A DNA stretch of 64,000 bases, from NCBI GenBank assembly GCA_963845755.1, contig CAWJTV010000005.1:544001-608000 (forward strand). Direction: 5' to 3'. Below, piece by piece: positions 18,877 to 28,694 of the stretch. The stretch comes from an uncultured Planctomycetota bacterium. GTDB lineage: Bacteria > Planctomycetota > Planctomycetia > Isosphaerales > Isosphaeraceae. The first letter of the stretch is position 1. Each line of letters opens with the position of its first letter. A program made the position numbers and the translations under genes. The notes beneath the pieces were generated by a model. That model was not told where the DNA came from. It saw only the letters and a list, made by a program, of their open reading frames with translations, and did not search any database.

Positions 18877-21678
18877 ATGACTCTTAACGACCTCCCCAAG
18901 CAATACGATCCCCAGGATGCCCAGCGGCGCTATTACGATCTCTGGGTCAATAGTCGCTATTTCCACGCCGATGCCGATCCGTCCGGCGCGAAGCCACCTT
19001 ACTGCATCGTGATCCCGCCGCCGAATGTGACCGGGGCACTGCACCTGGGCCACGCGTTGAACAATACATTGCAAGATGTGCTCATCCGTTGGCGTCGGAT
19101 GCAGGGTTACGACGTGCTCTGGATGCCCGGCACCGATCATGCGGGCATCGCCACCCAGGCCGTGGTGGAGCGTCGTCTGTTCGAGGAGGAGAAGAAGACC
19201 CGGCATGATCTGGGACGGGAGGCCCTCGTAAAGCGGATCTGGGCCTGGAAGGACGAGTACGAGGCCCGCATCCTCAGCCAACTCCGGCTGATGGGCTGCT
19301 CGTGCGACTGGGAGCGGACGAGGTTCACGCTCGATGAGGTCTGCTCGCGCGCCGTGCGCAGGACGTTCTTCAACCTGTTCCGCGCCGGCAAAATCTTCCG
19401 CGGCAAGCGGCTGGTCAACTGGGACGCTCAACTCCGCACCGCCGTGGCCGACGACGAGATCTATTCGGAGGACGTCCAGGGCCATCTCTGGACCATCAAG
19501 TACCCGATCGCCGATTCGACGACCGGCGAGGTCCTGCACATCGCCACGACCCGGCCCGAGACGATGCTGGGCGATACGGCCGTCGCGGTCCATCCCGACG
19601 ACTCGCGCTACCAGCACCTCATCGGTAAGGCTGCCGAGCTGCCCTTGACGGGCCGCCAGATCCCCATCATCGCCGATGGCATCCTGGTTGACCCGTCGTT
19701 CGGCACGGGCGTCGTCAAGGTCACGCCGGCGCACGACCCGAACGATTACGCCGCCGGAGTCCGCAACGCCCTGCCGATGATCAACCTGCTCAACGCCGAT
19801 GGCACGTACAACGAGAATGCCGGCAAGTACACGGGTCTCGACCGGATCGTTGTGCGCAAACGCGTCGTCGAGGATCTCAAGGAACAGGGCCTGCTCGAGC
19901 GGATCGATGCGCACCTGGTGCCGCTCAAGCATTCGGATCGCAGCAAGACCCCGATCGAGCCGTACCTGTCGGATCAGTGGTTCGTCCGGATGGCGGACGA
20001 TCCGGACGGCTCGCCCGGTTTCGCCCAGCAGGCGATGGACGCCGTGACCTCTGGCCGGATCAAGATCCATCCGGAGCGATACGCCAAGAGCTACCTCGAC
20101 TGGCTCGCCGAGAAGCGCGACTGGTGCATCAGCCGACAACTCTGGTGGGGGCATCGGATTCCGATCTGGCATTGTGCCAGTTGCACCGAGGACGATCTGA
20201 AGCTCGCATTCGTCGGACGCTCGGACGTGACCTGGAAGCCCGGCGAGTCTGGAGGCTGGCTCATCTGTAGCGAGTCGGAACTGGCCGGCAACGAGTTAGG
20301 ACCGGGCCATCGCCTGGAACAGGATCCCGACGTTCTCGACACCTGGTTCAGCTCGGCTTTGTGGCCGCATTCGACGCTCGGCTGGCCGGAGGAGACTCCG
20401 GAGCTGTCGAAGTTCTACCCGACCAGCGTCCTCTCGACGGCCCGCGACATCATCACGCTCTGGGTGGCACGGATGGTGATCTTCGGTCTCTTCAATCGCA
20501 AGGATGTGCCGTTCCACGACGTCTACATCCATCCGGTGATCCAGGACGGTAAGGGCAAGCGGATGTCGAAGTCGGCCGGTAACGGCGTTGATCCGGTCAA
20601 CATCATCGAGATTCACGGTGCCGATGCGCTCCGATACACGCTGGCCGCCGGTGCCACGGAGACTCAGGACTTGCGGATTCCGGTCGAGAAACTGAAGCTC
20701 TCCGACGGCCGTACGATCAACACCTCGGAGCGATTCGAGCAGGGGCGGAACTTCGCAAACAAGTTCTGGAACGCCGCCCGGTTCGCCCTGATGAACCTGG
20801 AAGGCTATGAGGCCGCCGAGATCGCATTAGAGACATTGCCGGTCGAGGACCGTTGGATCCTCGACGGCCTGGACCAGACAATCGCTGGTGTCACATCGGA
20901 CCTGGAGCAGTTTCAATTTGCCGAGGCAGCGCGACGGCTCCGGGACTTCACCTGGGGTGGTTTCTGCGATTGGTACGTCGAGTTCGTGAAGGCTCGGCTC
21001 CGCGATCCTTCGGCCCGTCCGACGGCACAGCGCGTGTTGGCCGCGCTCCTGGATGCACTTTGCCGGTTGCTCCACCCCATCATGCCCTTCGTGACCGAGC
21101 AGGTCTGGCAGGGCCTGGCCAGTCTGGCTCCAGTTCGCGGACTCCCCGCGCCGAGGATCGCCGAAGAGAGCGTTTGCGTGGCCGCCTGGCCGAATCCGCT
21201 GGGCTGGTCGGATGCGACGGCGCGGCAGACTGTCGAGCAATGGTGCGAGGCGATCAAGGCGATCCGCAACCTGCGCGCCGAGCGGAACGTCCCGAAGGAA
21301 GCCAAGATTGCCCCGGTCCTCGTCGCGAAGGGGACCGTGGCCGATTGGCTAAGACAGGGCGAGCCCTACCTGCGGAGCCTGCCGCCGGCCGAATCGGTAT
21401 CGATCGTGGAATCGGTCGAGCGCCCAGCGGAGTGCGCGGTGGCCGTGCTGCCCGAGGTCGAGATCATCCTGCCGCTCACGGGCCTGATCGATAGGGAGGC
21501 AGAGTTAGCCAAGATACGAAAGAACCTGTCCGACCTTGAACGCCAGATCGGCGGTCATCGCGCGAAGCTGGGCAATGAATCGTTCGTGGCGCGGGCTCCC
21601 GCCGAGGTCGTCGAGCAGGCGCGCGCCAAACTCGCCGAGCTCGAGGCGCAGCGCGAGGCGGTCCTGAAACTCCTTTAG
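18877..21678 (+). CDS. valS: Valine--tRNA ligase
   Basis: PPPNVTGALHLGH (HIGH), GTDHAGIATQ, DWCISRQLWWGHRIP, RMSKS (KMSKS) and a C-terminal coiled coil. Confidence 0.98.
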   Translation: MTLNDLPKQYDPQDAQRRYYDLWVNSRYFHADADPSGAKPPYCIVIPPPNVTGALHLGHALNNTLQDVLIRWRRMQGYDVLWMPGTDHAGIATQAVVERRLFEEEKKTRHDLGREALVKRIWAWKDEYEARILSQLRLMGCSCDWERTRFTLDEVCSRAVRRTFFNLFRAGKIFRGKRLVNWDAQLRTAVADDEIYSEDVQGHLWTIKYPIADSTTGEVLHIATTRPETMLGDTAVAVHPDDSRYQHLIGKAAELPLTGRQIPIIADGILVDPSFGTGVVKVTPAHDPNDYAAGVRNALPMINLLNADGTYNENAGKYTGLDRIVVRKRVVEDLKEQGLLERIDAHLVPLKHSDRSKTPIEPYLSDQWFVRMADDPDGSPGFAQQAMDAVTSGRIKIHPERYAKSYLDWLAEKRDWCISRQLWWGHRIPIWHCASCTEDDLKLAFVGRSDVTWKPGESGGWLICSESELAGNELGPGHRLEQDPDVLDTWFSSALWPHSTLGWPEETPELSKFYPTSVLSTARDIITLWVARMVIFGLFNRKDVPFHDVYIHPVIQDGKGKRMSKSAGNGVDPVNIIEIHGADALRYTLAAGATETQDLRIPVEKLKLSDGRTINTSERFEQGRNFANKFWNAARFALMNLEGYEAAEIALETLPVEDRWILDGLDQTIAGVTSDLEQFQFAEAARRLRDFTWGGFCDWYVEFVKARLRDPSARPTAQRVLAALLDALCRLLHPIMPFVTEQVWQGLASLAPVRGLPAPRIAEESVCVAAWPNPLGWSDATARQTVEQWCEAIKAIRNLRAERNVPKEAKIAPVLVAKGTVADWLRQGEPYLRSLPPAESVSIVESVERPAECAVAVLPEVEIILPLTGLIDREAELAKIRKNLSDLERQIGGHRAKLGNESFVARAPAEVVEQARAKLAELEAQREAVLKLL

Positions 21679-21681
21679 TTT

Positions 21682-21720
21682 TGTCCGTTGTCCGTGGTCC
21701 GTCGTCCGTGGTACGTTGTC
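21682..21720. repeat. Heptamer tandem repeat (NGTCCGT) x about 5.5
   Basis: tgtccgt tgtccgt ggtccgt cgtccgt ggtacgt tgtc directly after the valS stop. Confidence 0.75.
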
Positions 21721-21785
21721 GATCGGGCATCGGCCGTGAATCCGGGCGAACTGACCTATTGCTTATTGACCGAGGTGAGATTGCC

Positions 21786-22182
21786 GTGGCTGTTCAGATG
21801 GACCTCACGCGGATCATCATCAACGAGACCAGCGACTCGCACATCATCTTCCTCAAGGAAGTGGATGGGGATCGGATGTTCCCGATCGTGATCGGATTCT
21901 TCGAGGCGTCGAGTATCGAGCGGCGAGTCAAGAACCAGTCAACCCAACGCCCGTTGACCCACGACCTGCTGGCCAGCACGATCGACCTGCTGGGGGGCGA
22001 TTTACAGGACATCTATATCAACGAACTGCGCGAGCATACCTATTACGCCAAGCTCAGAATTCGGCATGAGGGCGAGCTCGTCGAGGTCGAACTCCCGACC
22101 CAGCGACGCCATTGCGCTGGCCGTGACCGTCGATGTGCCAATCTACGTGGCCGATGATATCCTGGAGGAGGTCGGCCAGTAA
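21786..22182 (+). CDS. Bifunctional nuclease (DUF151) family protein, apparent frameshift at about 22090
   Basis: [23 protein letters not shown]; removing one A gives [21 protein letters not shown]. Confidence 0.88.
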
Positions 22183-22272
22183 CGGATCTTCGGTTCTCGA
22201 TTTGGGATCACACACGCGGGTCACCGTCGTCGGTTATCCGGAATCTCGAATCTCGAATCCGGAGTCCCACGA

Positions 22273-22360
22273 GGAGGGGTGCCAGAGTGGTTGATCGGGA
22301 CGGTCTTGAAAACCGTTGACAGGTTCCGCCTGTCCGTGGGTTCGAATCCCACCCCCTCCG
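22273..22360 (+). tRNA. tRNA-Ser (anticodon TGA)
   Basis: GGAGGGG acceptor pairs with CCCCTCC; anticodon arm ACGGT-CTTGAAA-ACCGT; long variable arm GACAGG-TTCCG-CCTGTC; GGTTCGAATCC T-arm. Confidence 0.95.
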
Positions 22361-22453
22361 CTGACAAGGTCCGACTGATCGCGACAGCAAGCGTCAAACC
22401 CATCATTATCCGGGGTTCCCTCTCCATCGACTTGCAAAAATCTGATCTTACAA

Positions 22454-22900
22454 TCATATCAGAATTAAATTGAATGTAACTTGGAAGCGCGGTGCCCATG
22501 GCCGACCGATCCAGCATGACGCAATCGAAGCCGGCCAGTTGGCGGCTTCCAACTCGGCACGCCGGCCCAACTCCTCCGTCACCCGGCAGTCAGGGCATCC
22601 CTTAAGTGCCCGTTCGACGCCACCAGTATCGGCATTTCCGATGAGAGCTAGCAACCACGAGTGAATCAGTGCACCTGAAGGTTTACTCGCTGCCCGAGAG
22701 CGACAACGCATGCGTGCTCCGAATCGCACTTTGAGCTCCGTTCTCAACTCCTGAATCTTCAGGACGAAGAATTCCTTGCCAGGCTGATCCCCGGCCCCGG
22801 TCGTCATATCCGGATTTGTCGAGCGGACCATCTACGTTGTGCCCGAGGGCCGACCCTGGCACCTCCGGAGGGTACTCATCGGCCCAGGTCAGTCAGACGG
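22454..22900 (-). pseudogene. Possible degenerate tyrosine-integrase C-terminal remnant next to tRNA-Ser
   Basis: PGKEFFVLKIQELRTEL and AELEAANWPASIASCWIG..FQVT loosely resemble planctomycete integrase C-termini; lies just 3' of a tRNA. Confidence 0.3.
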
Positions 22901-23239
22901 CCCGCGACTTGCTGAGTTCGAGCAGGGGCTAGAGTCGTTACTCCTTCGAGGCCTGAATTTACGTTTATTAACTTACACGGTATCCAAGGAGGCTTGACGG
23001 GCGCAGTAGAATAGTTCGGTTTCGCTTGACCTACCTGTTGGAGCACGTGTCAAAACCGAGATTCCACCTTATCTCGGCTCCTTGCACGTCTTCGAGTTTG
23101 GCAGGACCGGTCTTCGACGCGGTCCGGCGAAGATCCAGTCCCAGAGATCCCGCTCTTCTGTGCTCGCTGGCACGCTCTCCCACCGGCGATCCTCAGGGCT
23201 CATGATGATGGGCCGAAGACTTCCTCGGGAGCCATCCGG

Positions 23240-23653
23240 ATGCATATGCACTTACACCTTGCACGAAGGTTGATGACGTTGGGGTTGGTCATGCTGATCT
23301 TGGCCCCATTTATCCTCTATTTCGAAGCCCCGGCTGCAACACGAACCTCGGCAGATCTGCCCTCCGTCGCAGGCCGAGTGAACTACCACGGTCATCCAGT
23401 CACCGATATGTATATTTGTTTGGACTCAGGCCATGCACACTGCGCACTCGGCTGGATTAAACCCGATGGATCGTTCGATATCGACGAGGTGAACTCTAAC
23501 AGGCCCGGCGCCTTGTGCGGCCATTATCACGCGCATATTTCGTCGCAAATGAACGGACCGTCCCTCCCCGCCCGTTATCAAGACTCTCAGACCTCGGGCC
23601 TGGAGATGGACGTCGAATTGGATTGGAATTACTTCGACATCGACCTGCCTTAG
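23240..23653 (+). CDS. Secreted carboxypeptidase-regulatory-like (planctomycete-type) small beta-sandwich protein
   Basis: N-terminal hydrophobic segment; VAGRVNYHGHP..DGSF..GALCGHY..LPARY..TSGL..N.FDIDL pattern. Confidence 0.65.
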   Translation: MHMHLHLARRLMTLGLVMLILAPFILYFEAPAATRTSADLPSVAGRVNYHGHPVTDMYICLDSGHAHCALGWIKPDGSFDIDEVNSNRPGALCGHYHAHISSQMNGPSLPARYQDSQTSGLEMDVELDWNYFDIDLP

Positions 23654-23961
23654 AGCGCTTTACGGTTGCGTTGCGCACCTCTCCGGCGAGAGCGATCGAG
23701 CCCCGCCCGAAGGCTGGGGGACGTCCGCCGGCGGCCTGAAGGGCCGCAGGAACCCAGCCTGGGGTGAAACCCCAGGTCTCGTGTGCCCCGCGCCCTTCTT
23801 GTGCACCCTGAAGGGGTGCCGGAGGAATCTCCTGCGGCCCTTCAGGCCGCCCGCGACGTGGTAGCCGTGGACCCCGGGTTTCACCCGGGGCTGGGCTGCC
23901 GCGGCCCTTCAGGCCTCCGGAGATCGGCTGTTCTTGGGCGCAACCCATCTGTTAAGCGCTC
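23653..23961. mobile_element. MITE-like element with 24-bp imperfect TIRs and REP-type hairpin cargo (second TIR family)
   Basis: GAGCGCTTTACGGTTGCGTTGCGC versus reverse complement of the right end GAGCGCTTAACAGATGGGTTGCGC (20/24); internal GGCCTGAAGGGCCGC and CCTGGGGTGAAACCCCAGG units with inverted copies. Confidence 0.8.
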
Positions 23962-24141
23962 GAGGGGCCTCTCGATCAAGTCAATAGTTGAGAATCAAAG
24001 ACGGCGGCGATGACAGAGCGCGACATGTGCGCTCCCAGAAGGCGGGGTTCCGACCAGCAAGAGCCCCTTTGCGGATATACCCACATCCCCGGCCGATCGC
24101 CGCCAGTCCCGAATTCCGGTACGAGCCGTGCGAGGAGCCGT

Positions 24142-25251
24142 CTAGCCGGCCATCGCCTCAACGGGTGCCGCCACCGGCGCCTGGTCGAGATACTGATAGA
24201 AGACATTCCGCTGCCGAGGAATGTAGCCACTCTCGCGAATCGCCCGACGGATCTCCTCCAGCGAGAGGTGATATACGGTCCCGGCCGAGGAAACGACGTT
24301 CTCTTCGATCATGAGGCTCCCCATGTCGTTGGCCCCGAAGTGGAGCGCGATCTGACCGATCTTGGGACCTTGGGTGACCCAGGACGATTGGATGTTCGGC
24401 ACGTTATCCAGGTAGAGCCGGGAGATGGCCTGCGTCTTGAGGTATTCGAACGCCCCGGCTGGTGGCGTGCCGGCCATGTCGGTGTGCTCCGGCTGGAACG
24501 TCCAGGAGATGAAGGCCGTCAATCCGCCGGTCTCATCCTGCAACTGCCGGACGCGCTCGAAATGCTCCACTCGCTCCTCGATCGTCTCGATGTGGCCGAA
24601 CATCATGGTGGCCGTTGACCGGCCGCCCAGGTCATGCCAGACTCGATGAACGTCCAGCCAGTTGTCGGTCATCACCTTGCCCCGCGTGATCGCCTTGCGG
24701 ACGCGATCGACCAGGATCTCGGCTCCGCCCCCCGGCAGGCTGCCGAGCCCCGCCGCCTTCAGTCGCTCCAGCACGGTCCGGAGGGGTAACTTTTCCACCT
24801 TGGTGAAGTGATAGATCTCCGGCGCACTGAAGCCATGCACGTTGACGCCAGGAAAGTGGTCTTTGATGTTGACCAGCAGTTCCTCGTACCACTCCAGTTT
24901 CAGGTGCGGATGCAGGCCGCCTTGCATCAGGATCTGATCGCCACCGAGATCCACCGTCTCGCGGATCTTTTGCAGCAGAACGTCGCGGTCGAGGACGTAA
25001 GCGTCGCTGTCGCCCACCCGACGGTAGAAGGTGCAGAAGTCGCAGACCGCCGCACACACGTTCGTGTAGTTGATATTCCGGTCGATGTTGTAGGTCCGGA
25101 ACGGCTCGGGATGGAGGCGACGACAGACCGCATCGGCCGCGCGGCCGAGCTCGAGCAGCGAGGCCGAACGGAACAGCTCGACTCCGTCCTCGAATCCTAG
25201 CCGGTCGCCATCAACGGCGCGGTGCAAGATCGCGGCCACGGTAGAAGACAA
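24142..25251 (-). CDS. mqnC: Cyclic dehypoxanthinyl futalosine synthase (radical SAM)
   Basis: DRNINYTNVCAAVCDFC (CxxxCxxC), QGGLHP, PGGGAEIL, TATMMFGH, NIQSSWVTQG and ENVVSSAG; adjacent to mqnA. Confidence 0.93.
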   Translation of the reverse strand: MSSTVAAILHRAVDGDRLGFEDGVELFRSASLLELGRAADAVCRRLHPEPFRTYNIDRNINYTNVCAAVCDFCTFYRRVGDSDAYVLDRDVLLQKIRETVDLGGDQILMQGGLHPHLKLEWYEELLVNIKDHFPGVNVHGFSAPEIYHFTKVEKLPLRTVLERLKAAGLGSLPGGGAEILVDRVRKAITRGKVMTDNWLDVHRVWHDLGGRSTATMMFGHIETIEERVEHFERVRQLQDETGGLTAFISWTFQPEHTDMAGTPPAGAFEYLKTQAISRLYLDNVPNIQSSWVTQGPKIGQIALHFGANDMGSLMIEENVVSSAGTVYHLSLEEIRRAIRESGYIPRQRNVFYQYLDQAPVAAPVEAMAG

Positions 25252-26038
25252 GGTTCACTCCTTCCGGCGCCAGGCCGTGCCGTGCCGCCTGTCGGGCGAA
25301 ACAGGTCAGGCCGGCGATCTCCGGCTCGCCGAGGTCGTAGGACAAGACGCGAGTGAGATAATCGTAACACGTCGTGAAATCGAGTCCTAGACGGGGACCA
25401 TGGATCTCGGCGAGGTCGGAAGCATGGGCCAGGCCGGCAGACCGGCTGCGCGCCAGGGCTTCGGGCAGGTCGCCCAGGTCAACTCCCCCGCGCGCCACCC
25501 AGAGGGCGAACACGAACGGAAGCCCGGTCATCTCCCGCCAGGCGGCGGCCAGATCAACGACGTCGTGGAACGGCTGGTGCGGGACCTTCATGGCCCGGTC
25601 GCCGATCAGCAGAACGGCGTCGGCCGTGCTTTCGAGTACCGAGACGCCCAGTGGCAATTGCTCGATCTGCGCGGGCCTGATTCCATGCCGCCATTCGAGC
25701 CAGATCCGCGCCAGCGCCTGGCTGGTCCGAGACCCGGCGTCCAGCGCCAGCCGTTGAACTTGGTCCCAGGGCACCCTTGTAAACAGCTTCACGCTCCGCA
25801 CCGGGCCGTTCGCCGCGATGGCGAAATCGGGAACGATCTCATAGCCACGGTCCACACCGCGTAGATATTCGATAGAGGGGATCAACGCGACGTCCAACGA
25901 GCCTTCGGCTAATTGCTCGGCCAGTCTGCTGGGCACATCCATCGACAGGACGATCTCAGGCGCATGGTCGCAAAGCTCATAATAGAGCGGCTTTGCGTTG
26001 AGGTAACTCACGGCACCGATCCGGATAGGAGGGTTCAT
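25211..26038 (-). CDS. mqnA: Chorismate dehydratase (futalosine pathway)
   Basis: RIGAVSYLNAKPL, GPVRSVKLF, SRTSQAL, LLIGDRA and TGLPFVFALW motifs. Confidence 0.92.
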   Translation of the reverse strand: MNPPIRIGAVSYLNAKPLYYELCDHAPEIVLSMDVPSRLAEQLAEGSLDVALIPSIEYLRGVDRGYEIVPDFAIAANGPVRSVKLFTRVPWDQVQRLALDAGSRTSQALARIWLEWRHGIRPAQIEQLPLGVSVLESTADAVLLIGDRAMKVPHQPFHDVVDLAAAWREMTGLPFVFALWVARGGVDLGDLPEALARSRSAGLAHASDLAEIHGPRLGLDFTTCYDYLTRVLSYDLGEPEIAGLTCFARQAARHGLAPEGVNLVFYRGRDLAPRR

Positions 26039-26133
26039 GGTCTGGAGCCTCCTCTCTTGTAGGTGGGGGGGATTCCCGCCTGAGTCACGTTCCGCCTTCG
26101 GTTTGTCTCGACCTTTCAGAATCCTTTGAAATT

Positions 26134-27414
26134 TTAGGCGCCGCGCTGGAAATCGCAAGCCCGCTTCTGTGAGGCCCACTTCGCGAGTTCGGCCGCCGCC
26201 TGGCCGAAGACCTCAGCCCAATCGTCCAGCCGGGACTGGCGGAACAGTCGGATGGTTGGATACCACGGACTATCCTCGCGATCGATCAGCCAACGCCAAT
26301 CACTTCGCGCCGACAGCATTCCCCAGGCTGGCCGGCCCAAGGCACCCGCGAGGTGGAGGACCGAGGTGTCCACGCTGATCGTCAGATCGAGCTGTTCGAT
26401 GGCCGAGGCCGTATCGGCGAAGTCGCCCAGACTCTCGCTCAGGTCGGCCACGATACCGCTCCGACCTGCGAGTTGGTGAACCTCGCCGGCGCGGGGACCG
26501 ACCTGGAGGCTGTAAAATGCGACGTCGGAGACATCCAGTAGTGGCGCGAAGTCGAGCAGGCGGCACGATCGGTGCCGATCGTTGAGGTGGGTCGGGCTGC
26601 CGGACCAGGCGAGTCCCACCTTCAGGCGCGGGTTCGGGATCGGCCCGGGTCGCAGATCGAGCGATCGATGGTCTGGTTGCAAGTAAGGAACTCGCGCCGG
26701 GACGGTCTCCAGGGTCGTGCCCAGGACGCGCGGCAAACTCATCAGCGGGAGATAGGCGTGGAACTCGGAGACCTGCACGTTCCCAGGTCCGCGCAGTTCG
26801 GCCACACCGGGGAGCGATCGGAAGAGCGAGAACAGATTCTCGGGACAGAAAAAGATGAGGCGATCGCAACGCTCGGCCGCGATGGGGAGATAACGGACGA
26901 ACTGTACCGCGTCCCCTGCGCCCTGCTCGCTGTGGACCAGCAGGGTCCCGTTCAGTCGTCGGCCATCCCACAGCGGATGCGGGACCCGGAACGGCGTGAA
27001 CCGGCTGGTCTGCCAACGCCATTCACACTCCGAGAACCCTTCGCGGAACCGACCGAGACGGAGCAATAGCATTCCCAGGTTGAAGTGGGCGTCGGGGAAC
27101 TGGTTGTTCAATGTGATCGCTTTGCGATAATGCGTCTCGGCCGCGTCGCGGAGTCCCAGTCGTTCCTCGAGGATTGCCAGGTTGTTATAGGCACCAGCCA
27201 TCCGGCCGTCGCGCGACAGGACATCGATGAACTCAACCCAGGCCAGCTCGGACAGCTCCAGGTCGCGATAGACCACGCCCAGGTTGTAACGGGCCTGGAC
27301 CGAGCCGGGAACCAGTCTCAGGGCTTGCTCGAAGTGCCCCCGTGCCCGTTCCAACTCCCCCTTCTCATAGCTCTCGTTACCCGCGGCAAGTTGGTCCGCG
27401 AAAGCGTCCGGCAT
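26134..27414 (-). CDS. TPR-repeat protein with C-terminal GT9/heptosyltransferase-like domain
   Basis: N-terminal TPRs; EQGAGDAVQFVRY, VGLAWSGSP, SVDTSVLHLAGALG, DWRW and SPWYPT motifs. Confidence 0.85.
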   Translation of the reverse strand: MPDAFADQLAAGNESYEKGELERARGHFEQALRLVPGSVQARYNLGVVYRDLELSELAWVEFIDVLSRDGRMAGAYNNLAILEERLGLRDAAETHYRKAITLNNQFPDAHFNLGMLLLRLGRFREGFSECEWRWQTSRFTPFRVPHPLWDGRRLNGTLLVHSEQGAGDAVQFVRYLPIAAERCDRLIFFCPENLFSLFRSLPGVAELRGPGNVQVSEFHAYLPLMSLPRVLGTTLETVPARVPYLQPDHRSLDLRPGPIPNPRLKVGLAWSGSPTHLNDRHRSCRLLDFAPLLDVSDVAFYSLQVGPRAGEVHQLAGRSGIVADLSESLGDFADTASAIEQLDLTISVDTSVLHLAGALGRPAWGMLSARSDWRWLIDREDSPWYPTIRLFRQSRLDDWAEVFGQAAAELAKWASQKRACDFQRGA

Positions 27415-28694
27415 CAGCCTGTCCCCAGGGAGGCCGCGAGATGACCCGCCTTGACAACACCACCTTGCATCACCGCGATGAAGCGCGAACGATCCTCCAG
27501 TAATTCGATGTTCGCGAGCACGTCGCCGTTGACGACCAGGATGTCGGCGAATTTGCCCGCCTCGACCGTACCGAATTCGTGATCGCGTCCCATGATCTCG
27601 GCGCCGGTCTTGGTCGCGCAGACGATCGTCTCCATCGGAGTGAACCCCACCGAGCGGACGAAGAACGTCAGCTCCTTGGCATAATCGCCGTGCGGGTTCC
27701 AGGCGAAACCGTAATCGCCGCCCATTCCGAGCCGCCCGCCGGCCTTGAGGATCATCCGGCGCTCTTCGGCGCCCCCTTCGAGCGTTTCCTTATGACCATT
27801 GACCACCGTCTGCGACATCCCGAAGCTTGGTCCCTTCACGATGCTGGCATGCTCGAACTGGAGGGCTGGCACGACGGGCGTGTTCCGTTCCAGAAGCATG
27901 TCGAGCGCCTCCGCGTCCATGAAGGTGCCGTGCTCCAGCGTGTCGAAGCCGGAGCGGATGGCGTTCTTGATCCCCTGATTCGCGCGGCAATGACCGGTCA
28001 CCTTGCGATGATAGTTGTGCGCCTCGGCAACCACGGCCGTCATCTCTTCGAGCGTCATGCAGAGCGTGTGATGGTCGGCCGTATCGGGTGCAGCGGCGTC
28101 GCCGGTCGGATAGGTCTTGATCCATTCGACTCCGTCCTTGACCAACTTACGCACGGCCTTTCGGCCCTCGTCCGGCCCATTGATGAGCAGGATCAAGCCC
28201 TCCATGCCGAGTTTGAGATGCTCGGGATTCCAGTCCATCAATCCCCCGGCGCCACAGATCTCCCGACCACTTGCGGCCAACCGCGGGCCGGGGATCAGGT
28301 CCTCCTCGATCGCCTTCTTCAGCCAGACGTCGATGTTGTGCAAGCTGCCGCCACTGCGGGCGGCCGTGTAGCCGCATTCGAGGGCCAGCCTCGCGTTGCA
28401 CGCGGCCAGGATCGTCACGTATTCGACGGGATACTTGATGTCCAGATCGGCAAGTTCGGCGACGTTGAAATACGTCGGATGGAAATGCGCCTCGACCAGT
28501 CCCGGAAGGATCGTCCCGCCGCGTGCGTCGATCCGGCGTACGTCGGGCGGGACTTCCGGGACGCCTCGCGCCGGCCCTGAGTAGGCGATCCTTCCGTCCT
28601 TCACCAGCACGGCCGCGTCCGCAACGACCGGCCCGCCCGTCCCATCCACGAGCCGGCCATTAGCGATCAGCGTCACCCCCTGATCGGACTTCAT
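27414..28694 (-). CDS. Metal-dependent amidohydrolase (Xaa-Pro dipeptidase/imidazolonepropionase-like)
   Basis: PGLVEAHFH, TLEHG, MGGDYG and GTVEAGKFAD motifs. Confidence 0.88.
   Translation of the reverse strand: MKSDQGVTLIANGRLVDGTGGPVVADAAVLVKDGRIAYSGPARGVPEVPPDVRRIDARGGTILPGLVEAHFHPTYFNVAELADLDIKYPVEYVTILAACNARLALECGYTAARSGGSLHNIDVWLKKAIEEDLIPGPRLAASGREICGAGGLMDWNPEHLKLGMEGLILLINGPDEGRKAVRKLVKDGVEWIKTYPTGDAAAPDTADHHTLCMTLEEMTAVVAEAHNYHRKVTGHCRANQGIKNAIRSGFDTLEHGTFMDAEALDMLLERNTPVVPALQFEHASIVKGPSFGMSQTVVNGHKETLEGGAEERRMILKAGGRLGMGGDYGFAWNPHGDYAKELTFFVRSVGFTPMETIVCATKTGAEIMGRDHEFGTVEAGKFADILVVNGDVLANIELLEDRSRFIAVMQGGVVKAGHLAASLGTG

Noticed and set aside
22273..22360. tRNA-Sec or opal suppressor
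   Set aside because: The anticodon is TGA (reads UCA, Ser); tRNA-Sec needs TCA and a longer acceptor stem.
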